From: a virus
Taxonomy: Duplodnaviria; Caudoviricetes
Reading direction: 5' to 3' (one strand)
Length of the DNA stretch: 36,043 nt
IMG/VR virus record: IMGVR_UViG_3300042997_002641
Span: 1 to 36,043 of that record
Position 1 is the first letter of the stretch. The number at the start of each line of letters is the position of its first letter. The notes under the pieces were generated by a model. It ran no database searches. It had not been told where the DNA came from and saw only the letters and a list, made by a program, of their open reading frames with translations. Shown here piece by piece: positions 1 through 8,439 of the stretch. The position numbers and the translations under genes are program-made.

Positions 1-44
1 TTACACCGTGGATGTCGTCGGTTCGATCCCGGCAGGGCCCACCA
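1..44 (+). tRNA. 3' half of tRNA-Val(TAC) (anticodon loop to CCA); probable attL core
   Basis: TTACAC anticodon loop, T-arm GTCGG-TTCGATC-CCGGC (17-33), ends ACCA at 41-44; 5' half lies outside the window. Confidence 0.88.
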
Positions 45-384
45 TTCGCAGGTCGCGACGCAGTTTCGCGATATCCATCGTCGGCGGCACGACCGCATCT
101 CCCCCACCGTATTCGTACGGGTCCATCCCCAGGACCGCCATCAGCATCCAGGCGCGGAGCTGATCCTTCCTGTTGAGGTCCGAGAACGAGCGAGCGTACT
201 GCAGCTTCGCGAAGGTGTTCCGCGAGCCGTAGAGATCTCCCACTACGCTCTGGATTCGTTCGTATGCCGCTGTGAGGCCGCGACCACGAGGAACCTTGAA
301 AAGCTCGAGGACGAAACAGTCGCCGAGTGTGAGCTCACGGGTCACGATGCCGTGACCGATGTGAGCAAGTTGCACGTTGCTCAT
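1..384 (-). CDS. Divergent XRE-like immunity repressor whose C-terminus runs through the att/tRNA core
   Basis: ELTLGD...SRNTFAKL...RAWMLMAVLGMDP pattern resembles actinophage repressors; ends MVGPAGIEPTTSTV* encoded antisense to the tRNA; position divergent from a cro-like gene. Confidence 0.65.
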   Translation of the reverse strand: MSNVQLAHIGHGIVTRELTLGDCFVLELFKVPRGRGLTAAYERIQSVVGDLYGSRNTFAKLQYARSFSDLNRKDQLRAWMLMAVLGMDPYEYGGGDAVVPPTMDIAKLRRDLRMVGPAGIEPTTSTV

Positions 385-722
385 GAGGATGGCCCTTCTT
401 TGCTGGCGAGAATGCTGGATACCCAGGGCCAGGTGGTCCCGGTCAGCTGCCTTAGCGCTTCGTCGCGCGAGGGGGCTGTGCCGCCGGTCCGAAGAATTGT
501 GGCGCTATTCGCGAGCATCTCTGTGACGACGACGCAGGCCTCGCACCCAGGCAGGTTGCGCGACGCCGCGTTCAGTTCCTCGGCGCCTGCTGTCGACGTG
601 GCGACTTGACGCACCGCTAGCTCGCACAGACTCCGCTGACTGGGGAGCCAGATGTGGCGCACTCCGAGGTGCGCCGATGTTGCAGCTGCGGCCGGTATCT
701 CTGCCGCCATGGCCTGGGACAT
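381..722 (-). CDS. Hypothetical protein co-transcribed upstream of the repressor (CxxC motif GCEAC)
   Basis: ATG at 722 lies 7 nt after a TAGCAT -10; stop overlaps the repressor start (ATGA, 381-384). Confidence 0.6.
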   Translation of the reverse strand: MSQAMAAEIPAAAATSAHLGVRHIWLPSQRSLCELAVRQVATSTAGAEELNAASRNLPGCEACVVVTEMLANSATILRTGGTAPSRDEALRQLTGTTWPWVSSILASKEGPSS

Positions 723-782
723 GTCAGAAATGCTATCCGTCCCGACTTGACATGTCAAAGGCGAGCAGCGACTATGCATTTC
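718..782. promoter_or_regulatory. Divergent promoter pair sharing the palindromic -35 TTGACATGTCAA; probable operators
   Basis: TTGACA 747-752 (+) with GACTAT 770-775; TTGACA 758-753 (-) with TAGCAT 735-730; both 17-bp spacers; second GACATGTC palindrome at 718-725. Confidence 0.75.
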
Positions 783-1094
783 ATGACTCTGACATCTGAC
801 AGAATTGGTCTCCGGTTCAGATTGCGACGTGAGCAGGCCGGTCTTACGCGCGAGAAGCTGGCAGCCAGAGCGGATGTCTCGGTGAGCACGGTGGCGCGGT
901 TGGAGAACAACGACGCGCTGCCATCGACAGCCACCCTGATCCGATTGTCAAGTGTCGTAGGCGTCACGGCCGGCGAGTTGATCGACGGCGTGGGTACTAC
1001 CGATGGTGGCCAAGCCGGTGAAGCCGATTCGCCGGGCGAAGCGGCGAGAGGTCGCAACGGAACCTCGGTTACCGCCGAAGGCGCGTCGTCGTGA
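783..1094 (+). CDS. XRE-family HTH regulator (Cro-like)
   Basis: LRREQAGLTREKLAARADVSVSTVARLE HTH_3 signature; first rightward gene; start could also be 774. Confidence 0.88.
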   Translation: MTLTSDRIGLRFRLRREQAGLTREKLAARADVSVSTVARLENNDALPSTATLIRLSSVVGVTAGELIDGVGTTDGGQAGEADSPGEAARGRNGTSVTAEGASS

Positions 1095-1162
1095 AGCAGC
1101 ACTACAAAGTGGATGCCCAGCGCGTCGTCATCAACAACGTTGACAAGCGGAGGCGCGGTGCG

Positions 1163-1384
1163 TCAGTCCGGACGATCCGCGAAGTAGTCGGGCACCACGA
1201 CGTCGTGGGTGCCATCAACCTCCTGCGCGAGGACCTCCACCGCAGCCCAGAGGGCATCGAACTCGGCACGCTGAGCGAGCCGCACCTGCGAGTCGATGGC
1301 TCCGCCCCGGTCGGCGAAGATTCCGGTCTGTTGGGCCTGCATTCGCGCCTTGATGTGCGCGAGCGCCGCCGTCATCGCTCCCAT
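1163..1384 (-). CDS. Small hypothetical protein, antisense within the early operon
   Basis: Strong SD (GAAGGAGAGG) upstream of ATG 1384; helical, protein-like 73 aa sequence. Confidence 0.6.
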   Translation of the reverse strand: MGAMTAALAHIKARMQAQQTGIFADRGGAIDSQVRLAQRAEFDALWAAVEVLAQEVDGTHDVVVPDYFADRPD

Positions 1385-1525
1385 GAGACTTCCTCTCCTT
1401 CGGGGGTGCCGACCGTTGGCGCGGTCGGCACACCTGTCGCCAGGGTAGAGGAACGAGCATCAGCCCCTTCTCCGACTGATGCTCGTGCGGCCACGACGGA
1501 CCCTGCCCTCGCCCCCAGGCGCGTC

Positions 1526-2182
1526 GTGGCCGCACCCACGATCTACTACCAAGACCGGCTCGTCACCCTCTACCACGGCGACTCGCTCGCCGCCCCCGAG
1601 CTATGGCTCGGTGCGGACGTCTTGATCACCGACCCGCCCTACGGCCTCGGCGCGATCGCGGGCGCGTACGGCACGTCGCATCGCACGATTGAGAACGACC
1701 TCGACACGACCGTCCGCGACGCCGTCCTCGAGCTGTGGGGCGATAAGCCCGCGGCCGTGTTCGGTACCCCACGCCTCGAGGAACCACCCGGGGGGTGGCG
1801 CGACCGCCTCGTGTGGGACAAGCAGCAGCTCGGCCTCAACGGTGGAGCGTGGCGGTACGCCCATGAAACGATCTTCGTCCGTGGCGACGGGTGGCACCGG
1901 ATCAGCGACGCGTCCAGCAGCATCCTTCGCCACCCCTCCCAGGCCAACCGCGCGCACGTCGCGAAGCACATTCACTCCAAGCCGGAGAAGCTGCTCGCCG
2001 ACCTGATCGCGGCCGCTCCTCCCGGCGTCATCGTCGACACCTTCGCCGGCGGCGGATCAACCGTCGCCGCAGCCCGCGCCCTCGGCCGCCAGATCATCGC
2101 GTTCGAACTCGACGCCGAACACTGCGCCACCATCGTCGAACGCCTCACCAGCCGCCTCGACCTCTTCGGCGGTGACGCATGA
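1526..2182 (+). CDS. DNA methyltransferase (N6-adenine/N4-cytosine, beta-class order)
   Basis: LYHGDS, ITDPPY catalytic motif, HSKP, VDTFAGGGST SAM-binding motif; frame is open from 1091 but the likely start is GTG 1526. Confidence 0.9.
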   Translation: MAAPTIYYQDRLVTLYHGDSLAAPELWLGADVLITDPPYGLGAIAGAYGTSHRTIENDLDTTVRDAVLELWGDKPAAVFGTPRLEEPPGGWRDRLVWDKQQLGLNGGAWRYAHETIFVRGDGWHRISDASSSILRHPSQANRAHVAKHIHSKPEKLLADLIAAAPPGVIVDTFAGGGSTVAAARALGRQIIAFELDAEHCATIVERLTSRLDLFGGDA

Positions 2183-2517
2183 CCGGCTTCGGCGGCGACC
2201 AGGACACTCTCACCGCGGGAATCGTCTACGCAATCACCCCGGAGCAGGAATCCACCGTGCGCGACCTTGTGCGGCGCCGCTGCGGTGACGACGCCGCGCA
2301 CGTCGCCGAGATGCTGTTCGCCACGCCGCACTCCGTTGAGCGGCGCACTCCCGCTCAGCTGGCGATGGGCAACAAGCTCCCGCCGGAGGCGAAGGACCGG
2401 ATCCGCGAGCTCTTGGCCACAGGCCTCACCGACGTCGCGATCGCCGACCAGCTCGGCGTTTCCCGCCAGTCCGTCACCGGAGTCCGCACCGGAGCGATGC
2501 GGGGGATGCGGTCATGA
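2179..2517 (+). CDS. HTH DNA-binding protein
   Basis: C-terminal GLTDVAIADQLGVSRQSV HTH; ATGA coupling. Confidence 0.8.
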   Translation: MTGFGGDQDTLTAGIVYAITPEQESTVRDLVRRRCGDDAAHVAEMLFATPHSVERRTPAQLAMGNKLPPEAKDRIRELLATGLTDVAIADQLGVSRQSVTGVRTGAMRGMRS

Positions 2518-2738
2518 CATCGACCGATCGTGAACTCACGCCAGCGATCCCCCTGGACCTCCGCCAGCAGCTGAACTTCGATCTGCGGGACCCCCAGCTC
2601 TCCGCCCTCGACGACAACGCACGCTTCATCGTCCGCCGCCTCGTCGGCCGCGCCTACCAACGCGGCTACGACAACGGCTGGACCGCCGGGCAGAACGACG
2701 CCGACGCCGATCAGGCGATCACGAAGGACCGCGGGTGA
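2514..2738 (+). CDS. Hypothetical phage protein
   Basis: Coupled start/stop overlaps at both ends; AYQRGYDNGW motif. Confidence 0.7.
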   Translation: MTSTDRELTPAIPLDLRQQLNFDLRDPQLSALDDNARFIVRRLVGRAYQRGYDNGWTAGQNDADADQAITKDRG

Positions 2739-3388
2739 GCGCCGTGGTCGAACTCGCCCAGCCACGGAAGCTGCTCTCCCGCTGGCACGGACACGGCGAC
2801 CTCCTCATCGTCATCGACGGCGCCTACACCTACCTCCGTGCCGACGACGTCGAGCACCTCGCCGGCATCCCGCGCTGGAGCACCGGCGACACCGTCCTCG
2901 GCGACGAGTGGCCCCTCGACGTCGCCGGCGTCGCGTTCTACCTCCTCGACGACGCCTTCCGCCGCTGCGAGCAGCACGGCACCCTCATGGCCCGCGAGTT
3001 CACCGCCTGGCTCCTCGAATTCCTCGCCCGAGTCGACGACACCGTCCTCGAGGAGGCACACCAGCCGGTGCCCTTCACCAACGCGCACACGGTCACTCAA
3101 GCCGCCCGCGCGCTCGCCGAGTCGCTCCGCATCACGCTCGGCCGCGACCAGCTGTTCGAGCAGCTCGACCGCCTCGACTGGATCGGCCGGAACACACCGG
3201 ACGACGACTGGGTGATCACCCCCTTCGCGCACACCCGCGACCTGCTCACGCTCCGGCCCGTCAATGTGCCCGCGTCGAACCGGGAACGCCGCCGCCGCTA
3301 CCTCCAGATCCACGTCACGCCCCGCGGGCTCGACGAGCTGCGAAGGCTCCTCGCCCCCGCCGTTCCGCCTCCCCCGCCGCTGTTCTGA
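2735..3388 (+). CDS. Phage antirepressor, KilAC/ANT C-terminal domain
   Basis: TVTQAARAL...LGRDQLFEQL...QIHVTPRGLDELRRLL matches the KilAC pattern. Confidence 0.8.
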   Translation: MSAVVELAQPRKLLSRWHGHGDLLIVIDGAYTYLRADDVEHLAGIPRWSTGDTVLGDEWPLDVAGVAFYLLDDAFRRCEQHGTLMAREFTAWLLEFLARVDDTVLEEAHQPVPFTNAHTVTQAARALAESLRITLGRDQLFEQLDRLDWIGRNTPDDDWVITPFAHTRDLLTLRPVNVPASNRERRRRYLQIHVTPRGLDELRRLLAPAVPPPPPLF

Positions 3389-3402
3389 GAAGAGAGCACC
3401 CG

Positions 3403-3585
3403 ATGTCACACCCGACACCCACCCGCCGCCCCGTCCCCGCCGTGCCGCTGATCGCACTGTTCTTCCTCGGCGTGATCACCCTCGGCGTCCTCGCGACCTC
3501 CGCGCCGCTCCTCGGCCTCCTCGACGCGCTGCTCATCGCGGCCGCGCTCATCGTCGCCGACCTCCGCGGATGGAGCATCCGATGA
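3403..3585 (+). CDS. Small membrane protein (2 TM)
   Basis: Hydrophobic segments, SD-like AGAGAG, coupled to the next gene. Confidence 0.6.
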   Translation: MSHPTPTRRPVPAVPLIALFFLGVITLGVLATSAPLLGLLDALLIAAALIVADLRGWSIR

Positions 3586-3764
3586 ACGAGGAGACGATCG
3601 AATCTGCGGTCGCAGCAGTCACCGCGCGACGCTCGCCTGCGCCTGATGTGAGCGCGGACATGCGCGCCCCGGTGGGGCTCATCGTGCTCGCCGGGAGCAC
3701 GGGTGCGCTCGCAGTCGCCAGTCTGCTCGCCGCGGTGTACCTCGCCGTCGTCGGAGCGTTGTGA
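3582..3764 (+). CDS. Small membrane protein
   Basis: C-terminal hydrophobic stretch; ATGA/GTGA overlaps. Confidence 0.55.
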   Translation: MNEETIESAVAAVTARRSPAPDVSADMRAPVGLIVLAGSTGALAVASLLAAVYLAVVGAL

Positions 3765-4678
3765 TGACCGCGACCCACGTGTGCCCGCCTGAGCACACCC
3801 ACGCGGCGAAGACGACGTGCTACTACGCGCACAAGTGTCGTTGCTTCCCGTGCCGCCTCGCCAATGCCGCGCGCGTGAGCAGCGACCGGGGCGCCACCGA
3901 GCCGCGCATCCTGGACCCGGAGCCGATCGCCGCGCACGTGCGCTACCTGCAGGCGTTCGGCTACTCCTACCAGCAGATCGCCCGCGCCGCCGGCGTGAAC
4001 GAGGGAACGCCCCTGCGCGCTGTCCGCGGCCGGCTCAAGTTCGTGCAGGCACGCATCGGCAACGCGATCCTCGCGGTCGAACCCGCCATCGAGGACCTCG
4101 CCCCTCACACGATCATCCCCTCGCGTGGCATCCGCCGCCGTATCGAGGCCCTGGCTACCCGTGGATGGTCGATCGCCGCGATCGCGGACCGCGCTCACCT
4201 CTCCCGCACTCGGGTTTCACACCTGATGTGGAACGACGGGGCCACCGTCCGAAATCACCTGCTGATCGCGGCGATCTACGCCGGGATCTGGGACGAGGAG
4301 CCGCCTGCAGAAACGGTCTGGGATCGACGCACCGTGCTGCGCACACGGAACAGGGCTGCCGCGCTTGGATGGGCGCCCCCGCTGGCGTGGGACGACATCG
4401 ACAATGACCCCGCCCCACAGCGCCCGGCCGACTCCCCCGACACGATCGACCTCGTCGCCATCGACCTCGTCGTCAAGGATGGCGCCCGCGTCAGCCTCAC
4501 GCGCGCTGAGCGACACATCGCCGTCCGCCAGCTGCACGCACGCCCCCTGAGCGACGGCGAGATCGCGCAGCTTCTGAACGTCAACGTCCGAACCATCCAA
4601 CGCGACCGACTTTTCCTCGGCCTCCCCGCCGCGGTCGGCGCTGACGGTCTGCCCCTCCCGATCGTGGACGCGGCGTGA
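3761..4678 (+). CDS. Multi-HTH DNA-binding protein with N-terminal Cys/His (CRCxxC) cluster
   Basis: HKCRCFPC; three HTH-like segments (YSYQQIARAAGV, WSIAAIADRAHL, LSDGEIAQLLNVNVRTIQR). Confidence 0.8.
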   Translation: MMTATHVCPPEHTHAAKTTCYYAHKCRCFPCRLANAARVSSDRGATEPRILDPEPIAAHVRYLQAFGYSYQQIARAAGVNEGTPLRAVRGRLKFVQARIGNAILAVEPAIEDLAPHTIIPSRGIRRRIEALATRGWSIAAIADRAHLSRTRVSHLMWNDGATVRNHLLIAAIYAGIWDEEPPAETVWDRRTVLRTRNRAAALGWAPPLAWDDIDNDPAPQRPADSPDTIDLVAIDLVVKDGARVSLTRAERHIAVRQLHARPLSDGEIAQLLNVNVRTIQRDRLFLGLPAAVGADGLPLPIVDAA

Positions 4679-4929
4679 GCCTCGTTCAGCTCGCCGCAGA
4701 GTCCGGAGCCGGCATCCGGTGGCTGGTCTACCAGGCGCCGATCCGCCAGCCCCGCTTCGGCGAGAGGACGCGCGACGTCCTCCGCTGGCACAGCCGCGCG
4801 TACCTGGCCGACACCGCCGGCGTGAACCGGGTGTTCCTCGAGGAAGCCGTCCAGGGGAAGACCCTCGCATCCGCCCACCTCCGTGCCCGCAACGAATGCC
4901 GCCGCTTCTACAGGAAGAACACCCGATGA
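4675..4929 (+). CDS. Hypothetical phage protein
   Basis: Coupled overlaps at both ends. Confidence 0.6.
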   Translation: MSLVQLAAESGAGIRWLVYQAPIRQPRFGERTRDVLRWHSRAYLADTAGVNRVFLEEAVQGKTLASAHLRARNECRRFYRKNTR

Positions 4930-5396
4930 CCGAGACGACCGACGTCTTCATGCAGCTGCTCAAACGAGAACTGCACGCCTTCCTCCACGTGCCCGACGCC
5001 GACCAGGTCGTGCACCTCGCCCGGGTCGCCTTCGCGATCGACTGCGCCCCTGATGGCCTCCGGAGCAGCTTCCTCGGGACCACCTGCCTGGCACTCGCTC
5101 AAACTGCTGGCCACGCACTCCGACGCGGCACGAGCCTCCCCACTGGGGGTTTCTTCGGGATCAACACCGACGCCGCCACGCAAGCCTCGCCGGTCGCGCT
5201 CCAGGCCAATCAGATGATCGCCGCCGCAGCGAACCAGGACGCCGCCCTGCTCGAGGACCTCATCATCGCTACGATCCCCGCGCACGGCGGCCAGGCCGCA
5301 GCAGACCTCATCATGTGCCTCGCCGGGAACGCTCGACGCCTGCATCAGGAGTTCTGCCACGGCCAGAGCGACGTCGCCGCGGAGTCCCACCTGTGA
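4926..5396 (+). CDS. Hypothetical phage protein
   Basis: ATGA start overlap, GTGA overlap with the initiator gene. Confidence 0.65.
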   Translation: MTETTDVFMQLLKRELHAFLHVPDADQVVHLARVAFAIDCAPDGLRSSFLGTTCLALAQTAGHALRRGTSLPTGGFFGINTDAATQASPVALQANQMIAAAANQDAALLEDLIIATIPAHGGQAAADLIMCLAGNARRLHQEFCHGQSDVAAESHL

Positions 5397-6208
5397 CGCG
5401 TTCTACGGGGCCGGAGAAGCCCAACCGGATCCGTAACCAGTTCGGCACCTTCGCGCAGATCCCCGCGGACCTGGTGAAGGACCCCAGCATCAGCGACCGC
5501 GCGATTCGCGTCTACGCCCTCCTGTGGACGTACAGCAGCGAGAAGGACCGCGACGCGTTCCCCTCGCGCGCGCAGATGGCGGAGGACATGGAGGTCTCCA
5601 AGTCCACGATCGACCGGGGCATCGGTGAACTCACCCGCCGCGGAGCGATCAGCGTCGAAGAGGTCTTCGACGGTCCCCGCCAGACGAGCAACCTGTACAC
5701 GATCATCGCTCCACTTCCTCCCCGCCCCGACATCGCCGAAGTTATCCACAGGGGCCGCAAATCTGCGGCCCGGGGGGCTTCAAATTTGCGGCCCTCGGGG
5801 GCTGCAAATTTGCGGCCCCAAGAACAAGAACCAGAAGAACAAGAGATTTCTGGTCCGGTCCCTGAGGTAACCACCGACGCGTCCGACGAAAGTTCGGGGA
5901 CCGGACCCAAGCCCTCGCCCGCTCTCCTCTCGCCGACCTACGGCCTGCCGCTGCACCCGGCCACGGTGTTCACCTCCGTCGGCTCTTGGCTGCCGCGGAC
6001 GTTCGACGACGCCCAGCTCGCCGAGCTGGCATCCGAGATCGTCGCCGCGGCCCGACCGTCCCGAGTGTTCGACCCGACGGCGTATGTGATCCGCGCCATC
6101 CGCAACACCGTCGACCCCAGCGAACGCCGCCGCGGCCGCTGGCTGCTCCGCGCCGACGAGATCGCCGCCGAGCACGCCGAGCTCGCGGCCCGAGGAGCGA
6201 GGTTCTGA
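5393..6208 (+). CDS. Phage replication initiator (N-terminal winged HTH, lambda O/RepA-like organisation)
   Basis: ISDRAIRVYALL...FPSRAQMAEDMEVSKSTIDRGIGEL...SNLY; internal iterons. Confidence 0.85.
   Translation: MTRSTGPEKPNRIRNQFGTFAQIPADLVKDPSISDRAIRVYALLWTYSSEKDRDAFPSRAQMAEDMEVSKSTIDRGIGELTRRGAISVEEVFDGPRQTSNLYTIIAPLPPRPDIAEVIHRGRKSAARGASNLRPSGAANLRPQEQEPEEQEISGPVPEVTTDASDESSGTGPKPSPALLSPTYGLPLHPATVFTSVGSWLPRTFDDAQLAELASEIVAAARPSRVFDPTAYVIRAIRNTVDPSERRRGRWLLRADEIAAEHAELAARGARF
5742..5845. repeat. Phage replication origin: DnaA box, three palindromic 21-bp iterons and an A-rich tract
   Basis: TTATCCACA 5742-5750; GGGGCYKCAAATYTGCGGCCC at 5751, 5774, 5798; AAGAACAAGAACCAGAAGAACAAGA follows. 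Confidence 0.85.
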
Positions 6209-6462
6209 TGCTCGACCCGAACCGCGAACCGACGCTCCTCGAGGTGCGCGCCTGGATCCAGCCCGGCCCGACTACGTGGATCCTCCGCTTCGACTGGGAC
6301 AAGAATCCCCTGACCGCCGACACCGCGGCCGCTGACCACCACCACCCCGAAAGGCACCCCGATGAAGAACGACCGCCACAACCCGCCCACCCTCGTCTAC
6401 TCCCACGGCAACGACGGCCACCCGACCGTCTCCCGCGTCGGGAAGAAACGTGCTCGCCGTGA
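6208..6462 (+). CDS. Hypothetical protein (3' end uncertain, overlaps next gene)
   Basis: TGATG coupling to the initiator; C-terminal half looks out of frame. Confidence 0.35.
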   Translation: MLDPNREPTLLEVRAWIQPGPTTWILRFDWDKNPLTADTAAADHHHPERHPDEERPPQPAHPRLLPRQRRPPDRLPRREETCSP

Positions 6463-6637
6463 GCGCACCGTCGGCGAGATCACGCCCTGGCACACGCGAC
6501 TCCTCAACGCGCTGCAGGGCCGACAGGTGTTTGCCGGCATCGACCCCGACGAGGACCCCGCGGCCGCGAACCGGCTCGCGAAGCGCCGCCGCCGCAACCG
6601 CCTCGCCAAGGCCTCCCGCAAGATCAACCGCCGCTAA
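6362..6637 (+). CDS. Small basic hypothetical protein
   Basis: SD GAAAGG; basic C-terminus AKRRRRNRLAKASRKINRR. Confidence 0.7.
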   Translation: MKNDRHNPPTLVYSHGNDGHPTVSRVGKKRARRERTVGEITPWHTRLLNALQGRQVFAGIDPDEDPAAANRLAKRRRRNRLAKASRKINRR

Positions 6638-6656
6638 CACCGACAGGACATCCGAC

Positions 6657-8141
6657 ATGGCTACCAAGACCCCGCCCGCCCCCACCCCGCCCGCGTTGCA
6701 GCTGGTCCAAGTGAACCCCGCCGCGCTGCTGTTTCGCGACCAGGCGCGAGAGGACGCCACCCCCGACGAGGGCCTCATCGCGTCCATCCGGCAGCACGGC
6801 ATCCTGCAACCCCCGATCGTCGGCCCCGGCCCGAAGGAAGGCACCTACTACGTCCTGTTCGGTCACCGCCGCGTCGGCGGTGCGATCGCCGCCGGCCTCG
6901 AGCAGATCACGGTCATCCTCCGAGAGGAAGCGCCCCTCGACGCCGAAGCTCTCACGCTTGAGGAGCAGCTCGTCGAGAACGAACGTCGCAAGCAGCTCAC
7001 CTCCAAGGATCTCGCCGCCGGCTTCTCCAAGCTCACCCTGTTCGGTCTGCGCCCCGAGGACATCGCCGCCAGCGTCGGCGACAAGCCCGAGCGTGTGCGC
7101 GCCGGCCTCAAGATCGTCCAGTCCCCCAACGCCTCCGAGCTCGTGGAGGCGAACCCGATCATCGACTTCGAGCAGGCCGCGATCATCGCCGACTTCGAGG
7201 ACCACCCGAAGATCCAGAAGAAACTCATCGAGACCGCCACCGAGCGTCCCGAGAACTTCCCCCGCGACGTCGAACAGGCACGCGCCGACCGGCGCCTCCG
7301 CGACGTCGTCGACAGCATCCGCGCGGCCCTCGCCGAGCGAGGCGTCCCCGTGCTGCAGGAGGTGACCTACTCCACCGCCAGCTACTGGACCGGCACCTCA
7401 TCCAAGGTCTCCACCGGCGCACCGCTCAACGCGCTCGCCGACGCGGACGGCAACGACCTCACCCCCGAGTCCCACCAGCTCTGCGACGGCCACGCCGCCG
7501 TCATCCAGAGGGTCAGCACCTGGTACCTGGACAACGAAGCGCAGCCGATCGAACCGTTCTACGTGTGCACCAACTGGGAAGGCTTCGGCCACCAGAAGCG
7601 CGCCGCGGCCGAGCGCACCCCAGAGCAGCTCGAGCAGGAAGCCGAACGGCAGCGCGCCATCCAGGAGGCCGCGGCCCGACAGGCCGTGATCGACGCGAAC
7701 ACGTCCGCCCGTCACGCCTGGCTTCACGGCTACCTCACCACCGGCCGGCTCCGCCCGACCGCCAGCCACTTCGACCTCATCGCCGCCGCGATCGCCGCGT
7801 CCATCGACTTCACCGACCGGGCGCCGGCACACGTCGTCATGAGCCTGCTCACCGGCACCGACTGGCCCCGCGTCACATGGCAGGACGACAGCACGGCCGA
7901 CGCGCTCGTCGCCGGCATTCGCGACGGCAGCCTCGCCGCGCTCCGAGTCATCGTCGCCGACGCCGTCGCCCTCTTCGAAGACCACCTTCACTACCCCGAC
8001 GCCGTCCGCTACTTCGCCGCGCTCGAGTCCTGGGGCTACACCCTCACCGACACCGACCGCGAGCACCTCGCCAAAGCCACCGCCGCGGCCATGCGACGCG
8101 AACCCGATGGCACCGACGACGAGGCGGAGGACGACGAGTGA
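6657..8141 (+). CDS. ParB/Srx N-terminal domain protein
   Basis: LIASIRQHGILQPPIV...GHRR...ENERRKQL ParB motifs followed by an HTH. Confidence 0.88.
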   Translation: MATKTPPAPTPPALQLVQVNPAALLFRDQAREDATPDEGLIASIRQHGILQPPIVGPGPKEGTYYVLFGHRRVGGAIAAGLEQITVILREEAPLDAEALTLEEQLVENERRKQLTSKDLAAGFSKLTLFGLRPEDIAASVGDKPERVRAGLKIVQSPNASELVEANPIIDFEQAAIIADFEDHPKIQKKLIETATERPENFPRDVEQARADRRLRDVVDSIRAALAERGVPVLQEVTYSTASYWTGTSSKVSTGAPLNALADADGNDLTPESHQLCDGHAAVIQRVSTWYLDNEAQPIEPFYVCTNWEGFGHQKRAAAERTPEQLEQEAERQRAIQEAAARQAVIDANTSARHAWLHGYLTTGRLRPTASHFDLIAAAIAASIDFTDRAPAHVVMSLLTGTDWPRVTWQDDSTADALVAGIRDGSLAALRVIVADAVALFEDHLHYPDAVRYFAALESWGYTLTDTDREHLAKATAAAMRREPDGTDDEAEDDE

Positions 8142-8224
8142 CCCTCGGAGACGCGATCGTCACCGTCGCGGTGATCGTCGCCATCACCGCGATCATCATC
8201 ACCCACATGGTGCTCGAGCGGTGA
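8138..8224 (+). CDS. Tiny single-TM protein
   Basis: 28 aa hydrophobic peptide with GTGA overlaps on both sides. Confidence 0.5.
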   Translation: MTLGDAIVTVAVIVAITAIIITHMVLER

Positions 8225-8439
8225 GCGCTCGCCGCGGCCCCTACCGCCGCCACGCCCGCCTCCGCGTCCAAGACACCGCCTGGAAGCAGGGCGACGCGTT
8301 CAACATCGGCCGCACCCGGTGGCTGATCTACCACCTCGCCGCCGACGGCGCCGTGGTCCTCCACTCCTCCAGCACCGTCAACCACCTCGTCGTGTGGACC
8401 ACCACCCTCGACCGCCTTCCCGAAAGGACAACGACATGA
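8221..8439 (+). CDS. Hypothetical phage protein
   Basis: Coupled overlaps, C-ending codon bias. Confidence 0.6.
   Translation: MSARRGPYRRHARLRVQDTAWKQGDAFNIGRTRWLIYHLAADGAVVLHSSSTVNHLVVWTTTLDRLPERTTT

Noticed and set aside
1526-2182. Restriction-modification system
   Set aside because: No adjacent restriction endonuclease; looks like an orphan phage methyltransferase.
5751-5818. Palindromic repeats as a mini CRISPR array
   Set aside because: Repeats are separated by only 2-3 bp, lie inside the initiator gene, and no cas genes are present; they fit iterons.
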